In this document: positions 49,305 to 58,100 of the stretch, piece by piece
Position numbering within the stretch: position 1 is the first letter of the stretch
Layout: the number at the start of each line of letters is the position of its first letter
DNA from: an uncultured Rhodospirillaceae bacterium
GTDB lineage: Bacteria; Pseudomonadota; Alphaproteobacteria; Dongiales; Dongiaceae
Direction: 5' to 3'
DNA length: 64,000 bases
Assembly (NCBI GenBank): GCA_964415425.1
Contig: CAYQAG010000002.1
Span: 32,177-96,176 of the forward strand
Notes under the pieces: generated by a model
Databases searched by the model: none
What the model was told of the DNA's origin: nothing
Seen by the model: the letters and a program-made list of their open reading frames with translations, nothing else
Position numbers and translations under genes: made by a program

Positions 49305-50378
49305 TCATCTCCCTCGGGCGGCGAGAAGCTTGCCGCCGGCATAGACATGGATATGAGCGGGATCGAAGGCGATTCTGGCCTCGGTCGGAATGGCGGCGCC
49401 TTCGGGCACGATAGCGTTGAGCTTGGCGCCGGCGAGATCGAGTGCCGCGATGCGATAGCGGCCGACATCCTGCAGGCGCAGGATTTTGACAGGGGTGCCG
49501 TTCATCCCCAGGCGGACGAATTCGGGGCGGATGCCGATCGCGATTTCGCTATCCGCAGGCGGCGCATAATCGCCCGCGAGCGGAATGTCGGCGCCGTTGA
49601 CGATCGCGCGATTCCCGGCGACCCGGGCGGGGAGGACGTTCATGCCGGGCGAGCCGATGAAATGCCCGACGAAGACATGCGCGGGGCGGAGGAAAAGATC
49701 TTCGGGCGAACCGATCTGCACCACTTCGCCTTCGAACATGACGACGACTTGATCGGCGAAGGTCAGGGCTTCCGTCTGATCGTGCGTGACATAGATCATG
49801 GTATGGCCGAAACGCTGATGCAATTGCTTCAGCTTCGAGCGCAATTCCCATTTGAGATGGGGATCGATAACGGTGAGCGGTTCGTCGAACAGGATGGCGG
49901 CGACATCGGCGCGGACGAGACCGCGCCCCAGAGAAATTTTCTGCTTGGCATCGGCGGTCAATCCGCTCGCCTTGCGGTTAAGATCGGCGCCGAGATCGAG
50001 CATGGCGGCGATTTCCTCGACGCGCGCCGCGATCTCGCTCGCCGGCAGGCGGCGATTGCGCAAGGGGAAGGCCAGATTCTCGCGCACCGTCATCGTGTCG
50101 TAGACGACGGGGAATTGGAAAACCTGAGCGATATTCCTGGCTTCGGTCGGCAGATCGGTCACGTCCCGATCGCCGAAAAGGACGCGGCCCCGGCTCGGTG
50201 CAATCAAGCCCGACATGACGTTGAGCAAAGTCGTCTTGCCGCAGCCCGAAGGGCCGAGAAGAGCGTAGGCGCCGCCGTCGCGGAACGCGAAATCCAACGC
50301 CTTTAGCGCATAATCGGCCGGCGCGCGCGGTTCGGCGAGGTAGGAATGGGCCATGCCCTGCAATTTGATTTCGGCCAT
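49305..50378 (-). CDS. glpT: ABC ATP-binding protein
   Basis: GPSGCGKTT, AQVFQFPV.Y, LFDEPLTVIDP, YVTHDQTEA. Confidence 0.85.
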   Translation of the reverse strand: MAEIKLQGMAHSYLAEPRAPADYALKALDFAFRDGGAYALLGPSGCGKTTLLNVMSGLIAPSRGRVLFGDRDVTDLPTEARNIAQVFQFPVVYDTMTVRENLAFPLRNRRLPASEIAARVEEIAAMLDLGADLNRKASGLTADAKQKISLGRGLVRADVAAILFDEPLTVIDPHLKWELRSKLKQLHQRFGHTMIYVTHDQTEALTFADQVVVMFEGEVVQIGSPEDLFLRPAHVFVGHFIGSPGMNVLPARVAGNRAIVNGADIPLAGDYAPPADSEIAIGIRPEFVRLGMNGTPVKILRLQDVGRYRIAALDLAGAKLNAIVPEGAAIPTEARIAFDPAHIHVYAGGKLLAARGR

Positions 50379-50379
50379 G

Positions 50380-51483
50380 TCAGCGGCCCTCCCGGGCATA
50401 GGGCGGCGCCCAGACCAAACTTCGATCCTCGGCGGCGAAGACGAAGAGCCGATCCGGCGCGATGAAAAGATCGATAGCGGTGCCGGGTTCGATTTCCTTG
50501 ACGCCATGCGCGAGCGCCACCCAGCGGGCTTCGCCGCCGGCGGCGAGATCGGCATGGATAAAGCTTTCCGATCCCGTGATCTCGCTGACCGCGACCCGGC
50601 CCGGCAAGGCGATATCGGCGGCACCGCTCCGCGCGAGGCCGACGCGATCGGCGCGGATCGCCAGGATATAGAGGCCATCGGCGAGCGAGGCGAGCGGCCC
50701 CGTCGCCGCGATTCTCCGCCCGCCGGCAAGAACGATCTCGCCGCCGCTTTTTTCCGCGCTCAAGCTATTGAGCGGCGGGTCGGAGAAGACTTCGGCCGCG
50801 ACGAGATCGGCGGGACGGCGATAGACGTCCGGCGTCGAGCCGAATTGCCGAATTTTCCCCGCCGATAGGCAAGCGGTATGGCCGCCCAGCAACAAGGCTT
50901 CGCTCGGTTCCGTCGTCGCATAAACGAAGATGGCGCCGGTCGAACGGAAGATGCGCGGCAATTCCTCGCGCAATTCCTCGCGCAATTTGTAATCGAGATT
51001 GGCCAAGGGTTCGTCGAGGAGGACGAGATGCGCATCCTTGACGAGCGCACGGGCGATGGCGGTGCGCTGTTGCTGGCCGCCCGAAAGTTCCAGCGGATAG
51101 CGCTCCAGCAGAGTTTCGAGCCGCAGCAAGCCGGCCGCTTCCTTGACCCGGCGGCGGATTTCCTCATTCCCGCGTCCCGCGACGCGTAGCGGCGAAGCGA
51201 TATTTTCGAAGACGGTCAAGCTCGGGTAATTGATGAATTGCTGATAGACCATGGCGACGTTGCGCCGCCGCACGGGCTCGCCGGTGACATCGCGACCATC
51301 GACCAGAATGCGGCCGCGGCTCGGCCGGTCCAGCCCCGCCATCAGGCGCATCAGCGAGGTCTTGCCGGAAAGCGTCTGGCCCAAGAGGACGTTGAGCGAA
51401 CCCTTTTCCAGGACGAGGCTGGCATCCGCGATATGCGTTTCCTCGCCGACGATCTTGCTGACATTATCGAGAACCAGGGTCAT
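50380..51483 (-). CDS. glpS: ABC ATP-binding protein
   Basis: GQTLSGKTS, VYQQFINYP, LSGGQQQR, LDEPLANLDYKLRE. Confidence 0.85.
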   Translation of the reverse strand: MTLVLDNVSKIVGEETHIADASLVLEKGSLNVLLGQTLSGKTSLMRLMAGLDRPSRGRILVDGRDVTGEPVRRRNVAMVYQQFINYPSLTVFENIASPLRVAGRGNEEIRRRVKEAAGLLRLETLLERYPLELSGGQQQRTAIARALVKDAHLVLLDEPLANLDYKLREELREELPRIFRSTGAIFVYATTEPSEALLLGGHTACLSAGKIRQFGSTPDVYRRPADLVAAEVFSDPPLNSLSAEKSGGEIVLAGGRRIAATGPLASLADGLYILAIRADRVGLARSGAADIALPGRVAVSEITGSESFIHADLAAGGEARWVALAHGVKEIEPGTAIDLFIAPDRLFVFAAEDRSLVWAPPYAREGR

Positions 51484-53048
51484 ATCGCGCTCCCCAATCG
51501 CGCCGTCGCCGTTACCGTTCCGGCCTTGCCAGGGCCGTGAAGCGTGATCCAGGCTTCGAGCGCCGCCTTTTGTTCGGCCGTCATCCTAAGGCCAAGCTTG
51601 CTGCGGCGCCAAAGAATATCCTCGGCGGTTTCGGCCCATTCCTCGCGCATCAGATAATCGACTTCCGCGGCATAGAGATCGGCGCCGAAATGGCGGCCGA
51701 GATCGCCAAGCTTTGCCGCTTCGCCGAGGATCAGGGCCGCGCGCCGGCCATAGAGGCGGATCAGGCGATGGGCGAAATCGCCGCCGAGGAAAGAATAGCG
51801 CGCGCGCAGATTGGCGATTTCGTCCGCGATGCCATCGACGGCGAAGTCGCCGCCCGGCAAAGCGTGAGCCGCCGTCCAGCCTTTGGCGCGACCTTCGCGC
51901 GGTTTCAGGAAGGGGGCGAGTTTATCCAATGCCGCTTCGGCGAGGCGGCGATAGGTCGTGATCTTGCCGCCGAAGATATTGAGAAGCGGCGCTTGCCCCG
52001 GCTTGCCATCGAGGGCGAGCACATAATCGCGCGTCGCCGCCTGGGCGCTGCTGGCGCCGTCGTCGTAAAGGGGTCTCACGCCGGAATAGGCCCAGACGAC
52101 ATCGCTGCGTCCGATCTCCTTATCGAAATGCGCATTGGCGACGGCGCAGAGATAATCGATCTCTTCCCCCGTCGCGGCGACGGCACTGGGATCGCCCTCG
52201 TAATCGCGATCGGTTGTGCCGATCAGGGTGAAATCCCGCTCATAGGGAATGGCGAAAACGATGCGGCCATCGGCATTCTGGAAAATATAGCAGCGATCGT
52301 GATCGAACAGACGCCGGACGACGATATGGCTGCCCTGAACCATGCGCAAATGCGGCGCGCCAGCGGCTGCGATCCGATGGCCGAGAACCTCGCCGACCCA
52401 TGGCCCGGCGGCATTGACGAGGCAATGCGCGCGAATGACGGAACTTTCGCTTTGGCCTGGGCGCGCGACGGTCAATTCCCAAAAATCCGCAGCCTCCCCG
52501 CCGCGCCGAGCCTCGCGCAAGGCCGTGCGGGTTTCGATTTGCGCGCCGCGCTGGCGGGCATCGAGCGCATTCAAGACGACAAGCCGCGCATCGTCGACCC
52601 AGCAATCCGAATATTCGAAACCGCGCTGGAAACCCGAGCGCAGCGGCCGGCCGGATTCGTCGGCGGCGAAATCGACGATCCGCGTCGGCGGCAGCAATTT
52701 GCGCCCGCCCAGATGGTCGTAAAGGAATAACCCGAGCCGCAGCATCCAGGCCGGGCGCAGACCCTTGTGATAGGGAAGAATGAAACGCAAAGGCCAAATG
52801 ATATGCGGCGCGAGGCGCCAAAGCGTTTCGCGCTCCAGCAGCGCTTCGCGCACGAGGCGAAATTCGTAATGTTCCAGATAGCGCAGACCGCCATGAATAA
52901 GCTTGGTCGCGCGGGAGGAGGTACCGATCGCGAGGTCGTCGCGCTCGCAGAGATAAACGCGCAAGCCCCGCCCGGCGGCATCGCGGGCAATGCCGCAGCC
53001 ATTGATGCCGCCGCCGATGATGGCGATATCGTAGATCGGATCGGTCAA
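51480..53048 (-). CDS. glpD: Glycerol-3-phosphate dehydrogenase (FAD)
   Basis: GGGINGCGIARDAAGRG, TSSRATKLIHGGLRYLEHYEF, DDARLV, GVRPL, GGKITTYR. Confidence 0.95.
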   Translation of the reverse strand: MTDPIYDIAIIGGGINGCGIARDAAGRGLRVYLCERDDLAIGTSSRATKLIHGGLRYLEHYEFRLVREALLERETLWRLAPHIIWPLRFILPYHKGLRPAWMLRLGLFLYDHLGGRKLLPPTRIVDFAADESGRPLRSGFQRGFEYSDCWVDDARLVVLNALDARQRGAQIETRTALREARRGGEAADFWELTVARPGQSESSVIRAHCLVNAAGPWVGEVLGHRIAAAGAPHLRMVQGSHIVVRRLFDHDRCYIFQNADGRIVFAIPYERDFTLIGTTDRDYEGDPSAVAATGEEIDYLCAVANAHFDKEIGRSDVVWAYSGVRPLYDDGASSAQAATRDYVLALDGKPGQAPLLNIFGGKITTYRRLAEAALDKLAPFLKPREGRAKGWTAAHALPGGDFAVDGIADEIANLRARYSFLGGDFAHRLIRLYGRRAALILGEAAKLGDLGRHFGADLYAAEVDYLMREEWAETAEDILWRRSKLGLRMTAEQKAALEAWITLHGPGKAGTVTATARLGSAI

Positions 53049-53107
53049 ATCGATTCCCCCGCCGACTTTCGCCGCGAAGGTTAGCCTCCCCTAAAAGCGA
53101 AGGCAAT

Positions 53108-53133
53108 CGAAATCGAAACGAAAGAAAACCGAA
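53108..53133 (-). promoter_or_regulatory. Putative GlpR operator upstream of glpD
   Basis: cgaaatcgaaacgaaagaaaaccgaa, 24/26 identical to 54039..54064; TTTCG direct repeats on the minus strand. Confidence 0.7.
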
Positions 53134-53190
53134 AACCACACCCCGGAACCGGAAAATGGCCAAACGGGGTCGGAAGACTTAAGCCGACCC

Positions 53191-53988
53191 TCATCCGGCG
53201 GCGGGAGAGGGTTCGGCCAGAACCTGGATCACCTCGACCTCATGCGCGCGGCAAAGATCGACGAGGCGCGGGGAGGGCAATTCGTCGGTGACGAAGACAT
53301 CCATTTCCGAAAGATGGGCGATCCGGACGGGCGCGCTGCGGGCAAGCTTGATCTTGTCGGCGACCAGCACGATTCGGCGCGCGCGTTCGATGATGGCGCG
53401 GGCGACGCGCACTTCGCGATAATCGTAATCGAGCAGCGTTCCGTCCTCGTCGATGGCCGAGGCGCCGATGATCGCGACATCGACCTTGAATTGATTGATG
53501 AAGTCGATGGCCGCACTGCCGACGACGGCCGCATCCTGACGCCGAACCGCGCCGCCGGCGACGATAACCTCGATTTTAGGGTGATGATGCAGCAGGAGGG
53601 CGACATGCAGATTGTTGGTGATGACGAGCAGATCCTCGTGATCGAGCAGCGCGCGGGCGACTTCCTCGACCGTCGTGCCGATATTCATGAAAAGCGAGGC
53701 GCCAGCGGGAATGAGCTTGGCGGCGGCAAGACCGATCAGCCGCTTTTCCGGGGCGGCAATCGAGCGCCGCGCATCGTAACCGACATTTTCGACGCCCGAG
53801 CCGAGAATGGCGCCGCCATGAATGCGGCTCAGCAAATGCCGATCGCAAAGATCGTTCAAATCCTTGCGGATGGTTTGCGGCGAAACGGCGAAACGCTCGG
53901 CGAGATCGTCGACATTGACGCGGCCCGAAACCCGCGCCAGATCGAGAATGTCGTTTTGGCGCGGCGATAGCGGCTCGATAATCGACAT
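53191..53988 (-). CDS. glpR: DeoR/GlpR family transcriptional repressor
   Basis: VSPQTIRKDLNDL HTH, RIHGGA, EKRLIG, FMNIGTT, VITNNL, IGASAID. Start at MSIIEP. Confidence 0.9.
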   Translation of the reverse strand: MSIIEPLSPRQNDILDLARVSGRVNVDDLAERFAVSPQTIRKDLNDLCDRHLLSRIHGGAILGSGVENVGYDARRSIAAPEKRLIGLAAAKLIPAGASLFMNIGTTVEEVARALLDHEDLLVITNNLHVALLLHHHPKIEVIVAGGAVRRQDAAVVGSAAIDFINQFKVDVAIIGASAIDEDGTLLDYDYREVRVARAIIERARRIVLVADKIKLARSAPVRIAHLSEMDVFVTDELPSPRLVDLCRAHEVEVIQVLAEPSPAAG

Positions 53989-54038
53989 CAGGCGCCTCCG
54001 CCCGCAATCCGTAAGGCTGGGTTCGCGGGAAGCATACG

Positions 54039-54064
54039 CGAAATCGAAACGAATGAAAAGCGAA
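54039..54064 (-). promoter_or_regulatory. Putative GlpR operator upstream of glpR (autoregulation)
   Basis: cgaaatcgaaacgaatgaaaagcgaa, near-identical to the site upstream of glpD. Confidence 0.7.
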
Positions 54065-54121
54065 GGCAGGAACGAAAGCGATCCGGCCGATCGCTTTCTT
54101 GTCGCGGCGGCGGCGATTCCG

Positions 54122-54161
54122 CCCCTCACCCCGACCCTCTCCCCGCGAGGCGGGGAGAGGG
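54122..54161. repeat. REP-like palindromic element
   Basis: cccctcaccccgaccctctccccgcgaggcggggagaggg; 11-bp stem 54135-54145/54151-54161. Resembles a widespread proteobacterial intergenic repeat. Confidence 0.6.
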
Positions 54162-54307
54162 CTCTCATGGTCTTCGCTGTGACGGCGATCACAATCCTCT
54201 CGGATTGAGGCTTTCCATTCTCACGAAAAGGCGTATGAAGAGAAAAGGGGACGGGATATCTTCGGCTGCCGAGGGATGGATCGGCATGGCGGTGCGGGAG
54301 ATGACCG

Positions 54308-54814
54308 ATGGCAACGCCTCTCGATGGCAGCGACCCACAAGCGCTGATCGTCGCGGCATATGAGAAGTCTGCCGGCGTTGGTTGCGACGGTTTTGTCTCG
54401 GGCCGCAATCTTCCGGATAAATTCGCCTTCAATAATTCTGGCACCATAGATTATATAAATCTGCGCAACAGAGCTAGCGATCTAGGAATCCTTAGCGCCG
54501 AAAATAGCTTTACGAGAGCCTTAGTGCTATATCTCTCTGAAGCGATTAATTTCAACCAGAACGCCGCCAATCTCGACAATGCCAAGATTCTTTGTAATTT
54601 ATTGAAACTATGTAGGAATATAAAGAGAACGCTAACCGCAAGCGGACGCAAATCCTGTGTCAAAAATCTCAATAAATTATCCCTGTTAGGTTGTATATTC
54701 CGCGGCATGTTCCGAGCGATGGGCGGCGTCACTCTTGGCGCCGCTGACACGAATATCGCCATGATTAGCGCTTGCCGCTCATGTTGCAACGCAGCAGAAA
54801 GGAGGTGGCTCTAG
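54308..54814 (+). CDS. AT-rich orphan ORF (168 aa), coding status uncertain
   Basis: GGGAG RBS 7 nt before the ATG; sample lines 42-43% GC by hand count; no recognisable family. Confidence 0.35.
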   Translation: MATPLDGSDPQALIVAAYEKSAGVGCDGFVSGRNLPDKFAFNNSGTIDYINLRNRASDLGILSAENSFTRALVLYLSEAINFNQNAANLDNAKILCNLLKLCRNIKRTLTASGRKSCVKNLNKLSLLGCIFRGMFRAMGGVTLGAADTNIAMISACRSCCNAAERRWL

Positions 54815-55103
54815 ATACTGAGTCTTTGGCTGAACGAATTTCTATAAGTTGATGGATCAGCGATCTTTTGAGCGTTGCGCAGGGAGGCGGGAATCCCGTG
54901 ACCCGCGCCAGCAACATTGTTTAATTTCATCATGTTGTTTTTCTTTTTTGCTTTTATTTGTCAAAAAAGGGCGTAGGATTTCACTGGGGAAGAATGCGAT
55001 TAGGCGAGGATCCCGATTTCGGGCCCCGCATGTAGAGATCAAGTCGTTCCCTTTGCCGATCCTGTGATCGGTATGAGGCAGCGATCGATGAGGGAGAGAA
55101 AAG

Positions 55104-58100
55104 ATGACGACATTCACCAAGGACTTGGTGGTCGGCGGCTCTGGGCAGACGCTCGAAGTCAATGCCGGCGATATCGTCACGGTCAATAACTTCACTGCCT
55201 TCGGTACGGGCGGAACCGGCTTCGACACGATTGCCTTCTTCGGTCCCGCGCTGAGTGCCGCCAACGCCATCCTCACGCAATCGGGCAGCGATGTCATCGT
55301 CACCTTCGCCGGCGATACCAGCGGCACCAAGGTCACGCTAGTCGGCGTTTCCATCGCCAATCTCGAAAACATCGCGGGCAGCGGCAATTTCCTCTTCAAC
55401 GGCCAGATCGCCGTTCAGAACGATCTCAATATCGACGAGCCCTTGATCGCCGCACCCAAGCCGGTGGGGCAATTCACCGTCGCCATCGATAACGGCACGA
55501 CGATTCTGACCGGCGCCACCGGCAACGACAAGATCGACGGCAAGGATACCGGCAATGACGGTATCTGGGCGGGCGGCGGCAACGATATCCTGCGCGGTTT
55601 CGGCGGCAACGACACGCTAGGCGGCGGCGACGGCAATGACAGTTTGGATGGCGGCGCCGGCAACGATTATCTGGATGGCGGTCTCGGCAACGACAAGATG
55701 ATCGGCGGTACCGGCAACGATACCTATGTCGTCAATACGGCGAAGGATTCGGTCAGCGAAACGATCGATAATCTGAAGGGCGGCGGCATCGATACCGTTT
55801 ATGTCAGCGCGACCGATCTCGCCAAGAGCACCTATACGATTGCCAGTTTGAAGAATATCGACAATGTCGTCGTGACCGGCGGCAACGCGCAAACCGTGAT
55901 CGGCAATGCGCTCGACAACCGCATCACTGTCCTCGATAGCAAGGCGCCGGTTAAGAACACGCTCGACGGCGGCAAGGGCAACGACATTCTCCAAGGCGGC
56001 GCCGGCGACGATATCTATTTCGTCGATTCGCTCTTCGATATCGTCGACGAGCAGGGCAATAAAGATACCGGCGACATGATCAAGACGAGCGTTTCGATGA
56101 GCGCCGTCCTGGACATCGAGAATTATACTTATGTCGGCAAGACGAGCTGGGGTTTCACCGGCGGGCGCGGCGGCGAGACGATTACCGGCGGCGGCCAGAA
56201 CGACATGATCGATGGCGGCGCCGGCAACGATACGATCGATGGCCTCAAGGGCGCCGATTTCCTGATCGGCGGCGCCGGCAACGATACCTATACTTTCGAT
56301 AATGTCGGGGATCGCGCCTATGAGGATGTCGCCAATGGCGGCACCAACGACATCATCAAATCCAGCGCCAGCGTCGATCTCCTGGTCAATAAGGGAATCG
56401 AGACCGTCGATCTCAGCATCAGCAAGAATAAGGCCGATGCCTATGGCGGCGACGCCAACGAAACGCTGAAGGGTAATATCGCGGCGAATATCCTCGATGG
56501 CCGCGCGGGCGCCGATCAGATGAGCGGCGGGGCCGGCGCCGATATCTATGTCGTCGATAATGCCGGCGATCAGGTGCAAGATATCGGCGGCGCCGCCAAG
56601 GATATCGACACGGTTCGCGCCTCGATCAGCTTCGATCTCAGCGCGACGCCGACCAAGACCGACGATCGCAGCAGCATCGAGAATCTGACGCTCACGGGGC
56701 TGAGCGATTTGAACGGTCGCGGCAACAATCTGATCAATACGATTATCGGCAATAGCGGCAATAATTACCTCGAAGGCGGCGACAATAACGACAAGCTCGA
56801 TGGCGGGGCGGGGAACGACATCCTCGATGGCGGCGCCGGCAACGATACGATGATCGGCGGCGCCGGCAACGATATCTATATCGTCGATAGCGATAAGGAT
56901 AAGGTTTCCGAAACCATCACCAATGCCAAGGGCGGTGGAACCGATACCGTCGTCTTCGTCGGCCCGAATGCCACTGCCTTATCGACCAAATTCAACAACA
57001 AGATCGCGAATGTCGACAAATTCGTCTTCGGTCAGATGGGCGGAACCGGGAATGACGTTCTGAACGGCGGTGCGAACGGCCCAACGGGCGACGATTACCT
57101 CTTCGGCGGGGCCGGCAACGATACGATGAAGGGCGGCGCGGGCAACGATTTCTACGAAATCGATTCCGCTGGCGATGTCGTCATCGAGAATGCGGGCGAA
57201 GGCACGGATACGGTCTATCTTTCCTTTAATACGCCGGTCGGCGCCTTTACCGATTTTTCCAATCTCGCCAATGTCGAGAAGATTATCTATGGCGGCAATC
57301 GCGACTGGACCTTCGCGGGCGATGGCGGCGACAATTTCATCACCGGCGGTTCGGGCAAGGATAATATCTCCGGCGGGCTTGGCAACGATACGCTTTCGGG
57401 CGGTGCCGGCGCGGATGTTCTCGATGGCGGAGCCGGCAACGACACCTATATCCTCGACGACCTCAACGACAAGATTATCGATAGCGGCGGTACGAATACC
57501 GTTATCCTGACCGGCGCGGCGCTTGCTTACGATCGCGCCGTTTTGAATGCGGCAGGCTTCAGCGGCAGCAATATCGTCGAGATTAAAACCGGCAGCTTCA
57601 AGACCGATACCAAGGGCGTGACCAAGGGCACGAAGGACAGCGATACGATCCTCAATCTCAGCAACATTCAAGGCCTCGACGGCGACGATGTGCTGATGGG
57701 GACGAGCGGCGCCGATACTCTGGATGGCGGTAAGGGGAACGATGTCATGGCCGGCGGCGCCGGCAGCGATACCTATATCGTGGATTCCGTCGACGATATC
57801 GTCGACGAGCAGGGGAATACCAGCACGGGCGATACGATTAAGACCTCGGCCGCCGCGACCAAGCTCGTTGCCGGCATCGAGAATTACGTCTTCATCGGCA
57901 AAGGCTCCTGGGCTTTCGCCGGAGATAGCGCCAACAATACGATCACAGGCGGCGCCGGCAACGATTTCCTCGATGGCGGCCAGGGCAACGACACTCTGGA
58001 TGGCGGCAAGGGCGCCGATTTCATGATCGGCGGCGCCGGCGACGACAAATATGTTTTCGACAATGTCGGCGACCGCGCCTATGAGGATCCGACCATCGGC

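Noticed and set aside
53989-54447. N-terminal extension of GlpR suggested by the 418-aa ORF
   Set aside because: The extension crosses the operator, hairpins and REP-like element; DeoR homology begins at MSIIEP (53988).
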